Of a DNA stretch of 64,000 nt, positions 47,848 to 57,222 are shown in pieces. Position 1 is the first letter of the stretch; every line of letters starts with the position of its first letter. The notes under the pieces are model-generated. The model did not search any database, was not told the DNA's origin, and worked only from the letters and a program-made list of their open reading frames with translations. The translations under genes and the position numbers were made by a program. This DNA is from an uncultured Rickettsiales bacterium (GTDB lineage Bacteria; Pseudomonadota; Alphaproteobacteria; Rickettsiales; UBA1997): the NCBI GenBank assembly GCA_944392135.1, contig CALXVQ010000005.1:1245-65244 (forward strand), read 5' to 3'.

Positions 47848-48168
47848 TTAAACCCTAAATAAAATTCTAACAGAATGACCTATTGTAGTCAAAATATTAT
47901 ATATCGCAACAACAAAAGTTATACCAATAAAAATAAAAATTGGTAATGTTTTTGTTGAGGTTAATACATTAGCCTTAAAAGTGTTAAAATCTTGATATCT
48001 ACGATATTGACTGCTTAAATATTTTGAATTATTTTTTGCTTCTAACAATTCTTCATTTTTTTGTTTTTTATATTCTTCAAAATTTTTATGGCTACTTTCT
48101 TCATGATAAGTAGAAATATTTTTCTTAATAAATTTTGACATAAGTTCTTGATTTTCAGTATCAGTCAT
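47848..48168 (-). CDS. hypothetical tail-anchored small protein, first gene of the operon
   Basis: 106 aa. Charged N-terminal ~70 aa and a single C-terminal TM helix, LPIFIFIGITFVVAIYNILTTIG. Confidence 0.4.
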   Translation of the reverse strand: MTDTENQELMSKFIKKNISTYHEESSHKNFEEYKKQKNEELLEAKNNSKYLSSQYRRYQDFNTFKANVLTSTKTLPIFIFIGITFVVAIYNILTTIGHSVRILFRV

Positions 48169-48303
48169 ATTATCAATCTTTATTACACTACTAATATATT
48201 ATATTATTCTTTTTAAAAAAAAAGCTTTTTTTCATTAAATAAAAAATTGCAAATTAAAAAAATAAATATATCATTTTGAGTATAACTTTATTTATTTAGA
48301 AAA

Positions 48304-49071
48304 ATGACTAATAGTAAAACTAATTTTGATAAAGGACATAGACAAAGATTAAGAGAATACATAATTAAAAATTATGATACTACAACAAAAGAAAAAATTT
48401 TAGAATACTTTTTATGTCTTTCTATCCCAAGAAGAGATACTAGACTATTAGCTAAACAAATACTAGAAAAAGTTAATGGTAGTTTTAAAACATTAATCGA
48501 TAAGGATTACAACTATTTAAAAAAAACTTTATCTTTATCAGATGCTGTAATAGGTGAAATTTTTACTTTTAGAAGAATGATAAGTTTTATAAATGAAGAA
48601 GAGTTGCAAGAAGATTTAAAAACAGAAAAATTAGATACAAGAAAAAAAATTGCTAAATATTTACAAAGCGAAATTGGTTCAAAAGACACAGAACACATTT
48701 TAGTTCTATTTTTGACTTCTAATCAAAATTTAATAGAAAAGAAAATTTTTGGCGATAAAAATAACAGCCATATTATTTTTGATGCAGGAGAAATTATAAA
48801 TACAGCTCTAAATAATAATGCTCGATATATAGTTCTTTCTCATAATCACCCATCAAACAATATACAACCATCAAGAGACGATATTATTGCAACAACAAAA
48901 TTTGAAACTGCTATTAAAACAATAAATAAATTTGAATTAGTAGATCATATTATTGTTAGCAATAATAATTATTTTAGTTTTTATGAAAATAATTTATTAT
49001 TAGATACACCAAGTACCAATAATAAAATAAATATTAATAACTTGATTAAGAAAAATGAAAAAAATAAATAA
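48304..49071 (+). CDS. radC: RadC-family JAB/MPN domain protein
   Basis: GHRQRLRE N-terminus and the JAMM motif LSHNHPSNNIQPSRDD. Confidence 0.85.
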   Translation: MTNSKTNFDKGHRQRLREYIIKNYDTTTKEKILEYFLCLSIPRRDTRLLAKQILEKVNGSFKTLIDKDYNYLKKTLSLSDAVIGEIFTFRRMISFINEEELQEDLKTEKLDTRKKIAKYLQSEIGSKDTEHILVLFLTSNQNLIEKKIFGDKNNSHIIFDAGEIINTALNNNARYIVLSHNHPSNNIQPSRDDIIATTKFETAIKTINKFELVDHIIVSNNNYFSFYENNLLLDTPSTNNKININNLIKKNEKNK

Positions 49072-49783
49072 TAAAAAAGCATTCTCATTAGTTGAATTAA
49101 CAATGGTTATTGTTATTATGGCTTTACTATTCTCTGTTTTTGCTGTATCTCAAAAAGTATCCGAGCAAGGACGATTGATAAATGCAATAAATATTACAGC
49201 ACAACAACCAAATATTATAGAAAATAACCAATTATCATTATGGCTTGAAACTTCAATGCCTAGTAGAGGAAAAGAAAAAAGTTATAAATTAAAAGATTGG
49301 GATGATTTAAGTAAAAACAAAATATTATTCCTACCATCAAATATAAACAATAAAACAACTTTTGAAGAAAAAAGAATTTTTCCAGGTATTATGTCGGTTC
49401 ATTTTAATGGCACAAATTCAATGCAATCCGAAAAAGCTTTAAATTTATCATCTTATACAATATTTGTTGTTGCTAAACCAGAAAAAGGTAATACTGGAAA
49501 TATTGTAGAATCAGGATTTAAAATCACGGCTCAACAAATTGGAGATAATCTAGTAACAGTTTTCAAGAATAATGGTTATGATAAATATGTTAAAAAAGAA
49601 TTGGAAGGAACTTTTACCAAAATAACTAATAATGACACATTAAGTTCAAGACCAGAAACTATTTATGTTGGTAATAATAATTTTAAAGGTGAGATTTTTG
49701 AAATTATTATATTTGATGGTGTTTTAGATGATGAAGATATTTATAAAATTGAGACATATTTAAATAGAAAATATATAAAATAA
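49055..49783 (+). CDS. prepilin-type N-terminal domain protein with LamG-like (concanavalin-type) C-terminal domain
   Basis: Short leader MKKINNKKA|FSLVELTMVIVIMALLF with Glu+5. The C-terminus VGNNNFKGEIFEIIIFDGVLDDEDIYKIETYLNRKY is typical of LamG-domain proteins. Overlaps radC by 17 nt. Confidence 0.65.
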   Translation: MKKINNKKAFSLVELTMVIVIMALLFSVFAVSQKVSEQGRLINAINITAQQPNIIENNQLSLWLETSMPSRGKEKSYKLKDWDDLSKNKILFLPSNINNKTTFEEKRIFPGIMSVHFNGTNSMQSEKALNLSSYTIFVVAKPEKGNTGNIVESGFKITAQQIGDNLVTVFKNNGYDKYVKKELEGTFTKITNNDTLSSRPETIYVGNNNFKGEIFEIIIFDGVLDDEDIYKIETYLNRKYIK

Positions 49784-49794
49784 ACAAAAATTTT

Positions 49795-50337
49795 ATGAAA
49801 AAAAATAATAGCTTAGTTAAAAATGTAGTAAATTTTTCTTTTAGTGGTCCATTTAAAATAATTGTTATAACAATAATTATAATATCTTTGATAAAAGATA
49901 ATACAAAAAAAGTTGCACCAACCATGGATAATCCATACCCTAAAAATACTATTCAAGATGCAATTAGACAAAAAATTAATCAAGTAGGACAGACTATAGA
50001 AATGAACGAAGCTATACAACAAAAACAAAAACAAAAACTTAGGCCAAAAAAAAATACCACAATGATAAATGATAATTTAAAAATAGAATTAACAATTATT
50101 AACAATAGCAATAAAAAAGTCAACAAAAATAAATATAATATAATAATCACCGATGTAAAATTAACAGAAGACGAACCACTTACAAAATTTCTTTTAGATA
50201 AAGAAATTGGTTATGAAATCACTATTCCATTTGCTAGTCTTGAAAAAGATAAAAATAGTTTTATATCTCAAAAAAGTGTTGAATATCAATTATTTTATAA
50301 AATAAAAATATTAGGTATAGAATATGACAATTATTAA
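49795..50337 (+). CDS. hypothetical protein with N-terminal TM helix
   Basis: 180 aa. TM helix FKIIVITIIIISLI, then hydrophilic sequence. Lies between the LamG pilin (11-nt gap) and dgkA (14-nt overlap). Confidence 0.4.
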   Translation: MKKNNSLVKNVVNFSFSGPFKIIVITIIIISLIKDNTKKVAPTMDNPYPKNTIQDAIRQKINQVGQTIEMNEAIQQKQKQKLRPKKNTTMINDNLKIELTIINNSNKKVNKNKYNIIITDVKLTEDEPLTKFLLDKEIGYEITIPFASLEKDKNSFISQKSVEYQLFYKIKILGIEYDNY

Positions 50338-50710
50338 AAAAAGAACAAAAAAAGGCCTTCCAAGAATACTTAATGCCTTTAAATTTTCATACGACGGTTT
50401 TATTGCTACTTTTAAATCAGAAGAAGCATTTAGACAAGATATTATTATTTGTATGATTTTAACTCCAATAGCAATATTTTTGTCAATAACATTAATTGAA
50501 AAATTATTTTTATTCAGCACATTATTTCTAATAGTTATGGCCGAACTTATAAATACAGCAATAGAAATGACTATTGATAGAATTTCCGAAGAATTGCACC
50601 CATTATCAAAAATTGCAAAAGATATTGGAAGCTGTATTGTATTAGTATCTTTTATGTATTTAATTTTAGTATGGACTTTGATTTTATATAGCAATTTTAT
50701 AGCAAAATAA
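50324..50710 (+). CDS. dgkA: diacylglycerol kinase (prokaryotic DgkA family)
   Basis: AFKFSYDGFIATFKSEEAFRQD, ELINTAIEMTIDRIS and AKDIGSCIVL match DgkA signatures. 3 TM helices, 128 aa. Confidence 0.8.
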   Translation: MTIIKKRTKKGLPRILNAFKFSYDGFIATFKSEEAFRQDIIICMILTPIAIFLSITLIEKLFLFSTLFLIVMAELINTAIEMTIDRISEELHPLSKIAKDIGSCIVLVSFMYLILVWTLILYSNFIAK

Positions 50711-50715
50711 CTAAA

Positions 50716-51990
50716 TTAAGACAAGTCATTTTTTCTATAAAATTCTATAACTTTTTTATTTGCTTTAACATTATTTACATTAAAACTATCAATAAATAGT
50801 CCATCAAGACTTTTTACTCTTGAGATTGCAACATAAACCTGTCCTTCTGCAAAAGCATGTCCTAAACTACATCTAACTTTTTCTATTGTCATACCTTGTG
50901 ATTTATGTACTGTAATAGCCCAAGCTAATATTAAAGGTATTTGTTTCATAACAGCTTCAATTTCAAGTTTTGCTGTATCTTCATTAAATTTTTCTACACA
51001 CCATTCTTCTGGTGTAATTGTAATCAAAGAGCCATTCATAAATTCAACAACAGGATAACCTTTTCTATTATCAAAACTTCTAACAACTCCAATAGAACCA
51101 TTAATTACACCTTCTTTCGCATAAGTATTTCTTAACATCATAACTTGTGAACCAACTTTTAGAACAAGATTTTCTGGTGCTAAACAATTCTTTTTTAAAA
51201 ATTCTATTTTATCAGGCCGACCATCAAACTTTGCTTTAAAAGTTTTTTCTTGAGTATTTAAATCATTCAATTTTGCCAAATTAATTTTTTCAACTTGTTT
51301 ATTATGAGTACCTAAAATAGTAGCTTCAAAAACTTTATCTAAATCTTCTTTTTTAAACCTACTTCTTAATAATTCTATATCATGATCTGTAATATTGCCA
51401 AACCTTAAATTATTAAGCATATTTATAAGTTCAGTATCTTCTTGTCTAAAAATTTCTTTTAAAACAATAGTTTTAATGTCTGCTTCTCGCCAAGCTTCAC
51501 TTTCAAAACAGAAAAATGTTTCTAATGAATTTTTATTAACTGGTGGTAATTGCAAAAAATCACCAAATAAAATTAATTGAATACCACCAAAAGCATCATC
51601 ATTACCCCTAACAGCTTTTAATAATTCATTTAATAAATCAAATACATCAGCAGAAATCATTGAAATTTCATCAATAGCTAGCATCCTAGCTGATCGCAAT
51701 TTTTTTCTTAATTTAGTACCTTTTACAGAACAAATATTTCTCAATAATTCGTTTAATGGTAAATTTCCTAAACCCAAACCAGCCCATGAGTGCAAAGTTT
51801 GTCCCCCAACATTTATTGCAGCAATGCCAGTAGATGCTGTAATATGCAAGCCATCATTTTTATATTCTTCTTTGATATAATTTAATAAATATGATTTACC
51901 AGTACCAGCAGGACCTGTAATAAATACATTATGTCCTTTTGCTATTTCATCAACTGCCATTCTTTGTGATTCTGATAACGATAAATACAC
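50716..51990 (-). CDS. Pif1/RecD-family SF1B DNA helicase
   Basis: Walker A GPAGTGKSY. Pif1-type motif LAIDEISMISADVFDLLNELLKAVRGNDDAFGGIQLILFGDFLQLPPV. C-terminal TVHKSQGMT and YVAISRV. Confidence 0.8.
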   Translation of the reverse strand: MYLSLSESQRMAVDEIAKGHNVFITGPAGTGKSYLLNYIKEEYKNDGLHITASTGIAAINVGGQTLHSWAGLGLGNLPLNELLRNICSVKGTKLRKKLRSARMLAIDEISMISADVFDLLNELLKAVRGNDDAFGGIQLILFGDFLQLPPVNKNSLETFFCFESEAWREADIKTIVLKEIFRQEDTELINMLNNLRFGNITDHDIELLRSRFKKEDLDKVFEATILGTHNKQVEKINLAKLNDLNTQEKTFKAKFDGRPDKIEFLKKNCLAPENLVLKVGSQVMMLRNTYAKEGVINGSIGVVRSFDNRKGYPVVEFMNGSLITITPEEWCVEKFNEDTAKLEIEAVMKQIPLILAWAITVHKSQGMTIEKVRCSLGHAFAEGQVYVAISRVKSLDGLFIDSFNVNNVKANKKVIEFYRKNDLS

Positions 51991-52152
51991 TTTAATATAC
52001 CACTAATTAATATTATTAATTTATTTTATTTTCATTAAAAGACAAGAATTTTTTATATGTTTTTGTTCTACATTTTTTATTATAGTATTTAAAATAATCA
52101 TATTGAGAAAATTCAATTAGTTTTAATTTACAAATATACTCATTTTAATAAC

Positions 52153-52705
52153 AAGATTACCACATGTTGCAAAGCAACTCTTACAATGACGAGTTTGTGA
52201 ATACCACCCCTTGCCCCCTTCGTCATTGCGAGACTTTGTAGAAGTCGTGGCAATCCATAAACCACAAAACCACCACCAAAAAACAGAAAAGAAAAAAGAA
52301 ATCACCACTATTTATCAAGTCAAAAAACTAATTTTTAATAAAATATTAATTTTTAATTTTCAATTTTCAATTTCTTATGCTTCGTTCGTTTCGCACTTCG
52401 TGGGACGACAAGCTAAAATAATTATGCAAGCATATCATTTTCCCACTTTGTGCTTCAATTTTCAATTTCTCTCTCAACCCCCCTGTTGCTTTGCAACATC
52501 CCCCCTTACAAAGGGAGGCAAGCCCCATAAAGCACTACTCACTGCTCTTCGTCATTGCGAGACTTCGCAGAAGTCGTGGCAATCTCGTTTTTCTTGGCTC
52601 GTCATTGCGAGACTTCGCAGAAGGAGTGGCAATCTCGTTATGGTAAATACTACACATAACCAAGGCTCGTCATTGTGAGAACCGAAGGTTCGTTGCAATC
52701 CATAA
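52153..52705. repeat. cluster 2 of the same palindromic repeat family, plus other short repeats
   Basis: Units CGTCATTGCGAGACTT(C/T)G(C/T)AGAAG(T/G)(C/A)GTGGCAATC lie at 52219-52260, 52547-52589 and 52598-52640. A variant with a GAACCGAAGGTTC core lies at 52665-52705. A decayed inverted copy lies at 52153-52193. A 17-bp direct repeat TTCAATTTTCAATTTCT lies at 52359-52375 and 52454-52470. Confidence 0.85.
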
Positions 52706-52745
52706 ATGAATAATTGTCTTTTTTTATAGAAAAATAATTACCACT

Positions 52746-52779
52746 AAAAATAAAAATCGGTACTAAATTCTAGTACCGA
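52746..52779 (-). terminator. rho-independent terminator of lpxD-fabZ
   Basis: TCGGTACTA (52757-52765) pairs with TAGTACCGA (52771-52779). The stem is followed on the minus strand by TTTTTATTTTT and lies 24 nt after the fabZ stop. Confidence 0.6.
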
Positions 52780-52802
52780 CATATAAAAATTAAATAAAAA
52801 TA

Positions 52803-53273
52803 TTATTCATTTATTTTTTTAACATCTTTATCGTAAAGCATTGCAGAAAATTCTGCTTCAATAACTTTTTGTCCATCAACGATACCACAAGCTTCAATTA
52901 CATATATTGAGAGTTTGCTTTTTACAATTTTAACTTGTAAGTGTAATTGATCGCCTGGAACAACTGGTTTTCTAAATTTAACATTATTAATTGTTGTAAA
53001 TAAAATACCAGGGTTCTTTGGAGCTTTATCCCCTAATGATTTAAGAACTAAAACACAAGCAGTCTGAGCTAATGCTTCTATTTGTAATACACCAGGCATA
53101 ACTGGTTCGCCAGGAAAATGTCCTTGAAAAAATTCTTCGTTCATTGTAACATTTTTAATACCAGTTGCACTTTCACCTACATTTAATTCTATAATTTTAT
53201 CTACCAATAAAAATGGATATCTATGTGGTATTAAATTCATTATTTCTTTGATTCCAATAACTTCATTACTCAT
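52803..53273 (-). CDS. fabZ: 3-hydroxyacyl-ACP dehydratase FabZ
   Basis: [14 protein letters not shown] and [16 protein letters not shown] motifs. Confidence 0.9.
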   Translation of the reverse strand: MSNEVIGIKEIMNLIPHRYPFLLVDKIIELNVGESATGIKNVTMNEEFFQGHFPGEPVMPGVLQIEALAQTACVLVLKSLGDKAPKNPGILFTTINNVKFRKPVVPGDQLHLQVKIVKSKLSIYVIEACGIVDGQKVIEAEFSAMLYDKDVKKINE

Positions 53274-54354
53274 TTTTTTCTTCCTTTTTATTATTAACCA
53301 TTTTTTCTAACATAATACTCATTTTATGCCACTTAATAGCAGGCATAACAGGTGAACCACCCCAAGCACTCATAGGTTTGTCAATGCTCTTTGCAACACC
53401 CGAATTACCAGCAATTTGTACTCCATCGGCAATCTTTATATGTCCTGCAAGACCAGCTTTTCCACCTAATTGTACAAAATTTCCAATTTCAGTAGAACCA
53501 GCAATACCAACACCACTAGCAAAGAAACAACCAGCACCAACTTTTACACCATGAGCTATTTGCACTAAATTATCTATTTTTGTATTTGTACCAATAATAG
53601 TATCTTTTAAAGCTCCTCTGTCTATACAAGTATTGGCACCAATTTCAACATAATCACCAATTACAACCTTACCAATTTGTGGTATTTTAAAATTAAACAT
53701 TTTGTGATGAACAAAACCAAAACCATCTTGTCCAATCATTGCACCATTGTGAATTATACAATCTTTTCCAATATTTGCATAACTAATTACACTATTTGCA
53801 CCTATAAAAGTATTTGCACCAATTTTACAATCATGATAAATTACAGCATTAGCACAAATCTTACAATTATCGCCTATTTCAACATTTTTATCTATGTAAG
53901 CACCATCTTGTATTTCAACATTTTTACCAATTTTAGCACTCCAAGCAATATGAGCTTTCTTTGAAATTGATGGCTTTTTATTAAAAATAGGTACATTATA
54001 CATAGCTTCAAGACACATTGTATATGCAAAATGTGGATTTTCATGAATTAAAGCAATAACACCTTCTGGCACTTTATTTGCAGTTTTTTCATCCACAAAA
54101 ACAGCACAAGCTTTTGTGTTTTTAAGATCTTCAATGTATTTAGAATTGATTAAAAAAGATACATCATTTTCTGTTGCTTCTTTCAATGTTGAAACACCAT
54201 AAATTTTTTTATCTTTATCATAATCACCATTTACATTTGATTTTGTTAAAAAAATAACATCTTCTAATCTAGCATAATCCATTTTTTTATTAAAAAATTG
54301 ATTAAACTTTGTCATTTTTTTACTTTTTAAATAATTTTCTATTTTTTTAAACAT
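53266..54354 (-). CDS. lpxD: UDP-3-O-acylglucosamine N-acyltransferase
   Basis: Long left-handed beta-helix hexapeptide repeats and QIGHxV-like QIAHGVKVG. lpxD-fabZ synteny with an 8-nt overlap. The start may be an internal Met. Confidence 0.9.
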   Translation of the reverse strand: MFKKIENYLKSKKMTKFNQFFNKKMDYARLEDVIFLTKSNVNGDYDKDKKIYGVSTLKEATENDVSFLINSKYIEDLKNTKACAVFVDEKTANKVPEGVIALIHENPHFAYTMCLEAMYNVPIFNKKPSISKKAHIAWSAKIGKNVEIQDGAYIDKNVEIGDNCKICANAVIYHDCKIGANTFIGANSVISYANIGKDCIIHNGAMIGQDGFGFVHHKMFNFKIPQIGKVVIGDYVEIGANTCIDRGALKDTIIGTNTKIDNLVQIAHGVKVGAGCFFASGVGIAGSTEIGNFVQLGGKAGLAGHIKIADGVQIAGNSGVAKSIDKPMSAWGGSPVMPAIKWHKMSIMLEKMVNNKKEEKNE

Positions 54355-54428
54355 AACTAAATTTTTAATAATTTACTATTAATATATAATTTTAATAAAA
54401 TAAAATACAAGTTTTTACTATAAACATT

Positions 54429-55751
54429 TTAAAGATTATTAACAATTTCTTTAAAATCCTGTCCCCTTTCTTCAAAATTATTATATAAACCATAACTAGC
54501 ATGTCCTGGGGACATAGCAATCACAGCATCTTTATCAAGAATAGCTTTATTATATAAAAGTTCAACACTTTCTTTTATATCGCTACATATTTGATAATTG
54601 TTATAGCCTTTTGTTTTTAAAGCATTAGCTAAATTATCTTTTACATCGCCAATTAAAGCTATAAATTTTATATTACTATTTGCAATATATGTTATCAATT
54701 CATTAATATCGTTTTTTTTATCATAACCACCTAATATAGCATAAATATTTTTATCTTTAAATGCTTTAAAACAAGCAATACTAGCTTCTGGAATTGTGGA
54801 AATACTATCATTAACAAATATAATATTATTTTTATTAATAATTTCTAATCTATGTTCAACCGGACTAAAATTATCTAAATATTCTTGTTTAATTTTTGAT
54901 AAATCAATACCATTTATTTTTAAAGCAGTTAAAGCACCACATAAATTTTGATAATTATGTTCACCTATTAATTTCATATTTTTACTGGAAAATAATTTTT
55001 TATCACCATCATAGAAATAACCATCAGTATAATGAATTGAATTATTTGTATTAAATAAAATTCTATCCTTAAATTTTTCTGTATATTCCATACATTTTTC
55101 ATTTATAGCATTGACTATTTTATTTTTTGCACCACTTAATAAATTTACTTTATCCTTATAATAATTTTCATAACTCAAATGCCAAGCAACATGATCATGA
55201 AATAAACTTAATAAAACAGCAGTTTCTGGAAATATTAATAAATCACTGGCTTGATAACTAGAAATTTCTAAAACAACATAATCACTACTTTTTGCTTCAT
55301 CCAAAATTTCTATTGTAGGTACCCCCATATTACCAACCAATAAAGTTTTATAACCTAATTTTTCAAGAATATAAGCACAAAATGTAGATGTTGTAGTCTT
55401 ACCTTTTGTTCCTGTAAATGCAATTGTTTTTACATTATTTCCTTCTATTTCACCAAAAAATATTGTTTTTTCTGTAATAAACATAGTATTGTATTCTTTT
55501 TTTGCATATACTATTTCTGGTTTATATATGCTAACACCTGGTGATCTAATTACTATATCAAGGTCTTTTAATAGGTTTAAAAGATAAATATTATTTCCAT
55601 TTTTATCTTTTTTTTGTGGAATATCTTTATCATTAATTATAGTAATTTCTTTATCTTTATATATTTCATTAAGTTTTTTTAAAACAGCTTTTCCTTCAAC
55701 ACCTAATCCCCATATAGCAACTTTTTTATCTTTTAAATCACTAATCTTCAT
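54429..55751 (-). CDS. murD: UDP-N-acetylmuramoylalanine--D-glutamate ligase
   Basis: KKVAIWGLGVEGKA Rossmann segment, P-loop AFTGTKGKTTT, GEHNYQNLCGALTA, VEHRLE and NDSISTIPEA. Confidence 0.9.
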   Translation of the reverse strand: MKISDLKDKKVAIWGLGVEGKAVLKKLNEIYKDKEITIINDKDIPQKKDKNGNNIYLLNLLKDLDIVIRSPGVSIYKPEIVYAKKEYNTMFITEKTIFFGEIEGNNVKTIAFTGTKGKTTTSTFCAYILEKLGYKTLLVGNMGVPTIEILDEAKSSDYVVLEISSYQASDLLIFPETAVLLSLFHDHVAWHLSYENYYKDKVNLLSGAKNKIVNAINEKCMEYTEKFKDRILFNTNNSIHYTDGYFYDGDKKLFSSKNMKLIGEHNYQNLCGALTALKINGIDLSKIKQEYLDNFSPVEHRLEIINKNNIIFVNDSISTIPEASIACFKAFKDKNIYAILGGYDKKNDINELITYIANSNIKFIALIGDVKDNLANALKTKGYNNYQICSDIKESVELLYNKAILDKDAVIAMSPGHASYGLYNNFEERGQDFKEIVNNL

Positions 55752-56352
55752 ATCTAATTCTCCTTATAATTTTTATTTTATTATCATCATATTCGGCTTC
55801 TATAACTTCACAATTTTTTATATCATCATAGTTTTCAAAATTGCAGGATATAAGAAATTGTCTTAAAATAACACCATGAGTAGAGATTGCAATAACATCA
55901 TGTTGATCCTTTTTACAAATATTATAAATCGTATCTGTAATTCTTTTTCTAGCTTCTCTTTTTGTTTCACAATTAAAAGGTCTCCAATCCATTAATTCAT
56001 CTTTTGAATCTTTTAATTTTCTATATAAATCTAATCCTATTTGTTCTCTTATTTCAAGTCTAGATAAACCAATGACACTGTCATCATATATAGTAAATTC
56101 TTCTAACCCATCAACAATTTCATAACCAACATTAATATAATCAGCAAGTATTTTAGCTGTTTCATATGCTCTTTTTAATTTACTTGTATAAATGTATTGA
56201 ATACCTTTATCTTTAAGAAATATAGCATTTTGTTTAGCTTGTTCTTTGCCAATTTCATTTAGCCACACATTATGATTTTCTTCAGAAAATTTTGTATCTT
56301 TATATCTATTCCAATCAGTTTGTCCATGTCTAAATAAATAAATTTTTTTCAT
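55741..56352 (-). CDS. histidine phosphatase family protein (phosphoglycerate mutase-like)
   Basis: IYLFRHGQTDWN catalytic RHG motif and a later STHGVILR. Confidence 0.75.
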   Translation of the reverse strand: MKKIYLFRHGQTDWNRYKDTKFSEENHNVWLNEIGKEQAKQNAIFLKDKGIQYIYTSKLKRAYETAKILADYINVGYEIVDGLEEFTIYDDSVIGLSRLEIREQIGLDLYRKLKDSKDELMDWRPFNCETKREARKRITDTIYNICKKDQHDVIAISTHGVILRQFLISCNFENYDDIKNCEVIEAEYDDNKIKIIRRIRYED

Positions 56353-56355
56353 AAA

Positions 56356-57078
56356 TTACCTATGAAACATAATTCCACTTTTTTTTGCCTCTTTTGTAGG
56401 ACCATCAAATTCTTTAATACCATCTTTTATAAAAACAAGTCGTTTAGTATATTCTGCAACATCTGGTTCATGTGTAACCATAACTATTGTAATTTTGTCT
56501 TTGTTATTTAATGTTTGAAACAAAGTCATAATTTCATCACTAGTTTTGCTATCAAGATTTCCAGTAGGTTCATCAGCAAAAACAACACTAGGTCTATTTA
56601 TTAAAGCTCTTGCAATAGCAACTCTTTGTTGCATACCACCAGATAATTGATTTGGGTAATGATATTCATAACTTGATAAATTTACCATTTTCAATAATTC
56701 CATCCCCCTTTCTTTTCTTTCTTCTGTTGGTGTATTAGTATAAATTAATGGCAATGTAACATTATCAAGAATAGTTCTTCTTTGCAATAAATTAAAACCT
56801 TGGAATACAAAACCTATTTGGTTTCTTCTAATTTCAGCTAGTTTATTCATATCTAATTTTGCTACATTTTCACCATTCAAAAAATAATCACCACTTGTTG
56901 GTTGATCTAAACAACCTAAAATATTCATAAATGTAGATTTTCCAGAACCAGAAGGCCCCATAATAGATACAAACTCTCCATCATTTACTTCTAAATCTAT
57001 ACCTTTAAGTACTTTTTGTACTAATTCCCCACCAAGTACATAATCTTTGTAAATATCTCTTAAATCTAAAAGACTCAT
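56356..57078 (-). CDS. ABC transporter ATP-binding protein (MacB/LolD-like subfamily)
   Basis: Walker A GPSGSGKST, signature LSGGMQQRVAIARAL, Walker B VVFADEPTGNLD. No permease gene is adjacent. Confidence 0.85.
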   Translation of the reverse strand: MSLLDLRDIYKDYVLGGELVQKVLKGIDLEVNDGEFVSIMGPSGSGKSTFMNILGCLDQPTSGDYFLNGENVAKLDMNKLAEIRRNQIGFVFQGFNLLQRRTILDNVTLPLIYTNTPTEERKERGMELLKMVNLSSYEYHYPNQLSGGMQQRVAIARALINRPSVVFADEPTGNLDSKTSDEIMTLFQTLNNKDKITIVMVTHEPDVAEYTKRLVFIKDGIKEFDGPTKEAKKSGIMFHR

Positions 57079-57222
57079 ATTTTTTATTATAATATACTAA
57101 AAAAATTATAAAAATAAAATTACAAAATATCAAGATTTTTAAGATAATAATTTTAAAAATATTATTGACTTATTTATAAATAAAAATATATACTTTAAAA
57201 GTAATAAATTTTAATTTAAAAA

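Noticed and set aside
50311-50694. 127-aa minus-strand ORF
   Set aside because: It is an exact antisense of dgkA, which carries the diagnostic DgkA motifs. The antisense product has none.
52123-52678. Track ORFs 52123-52308 and 52211-52678
   Set aside because: Same reason. They translate repeat cluster 2 (SLRDFVEVVAI, VIARLRRRSGNLV) and overlap on opposite strands.
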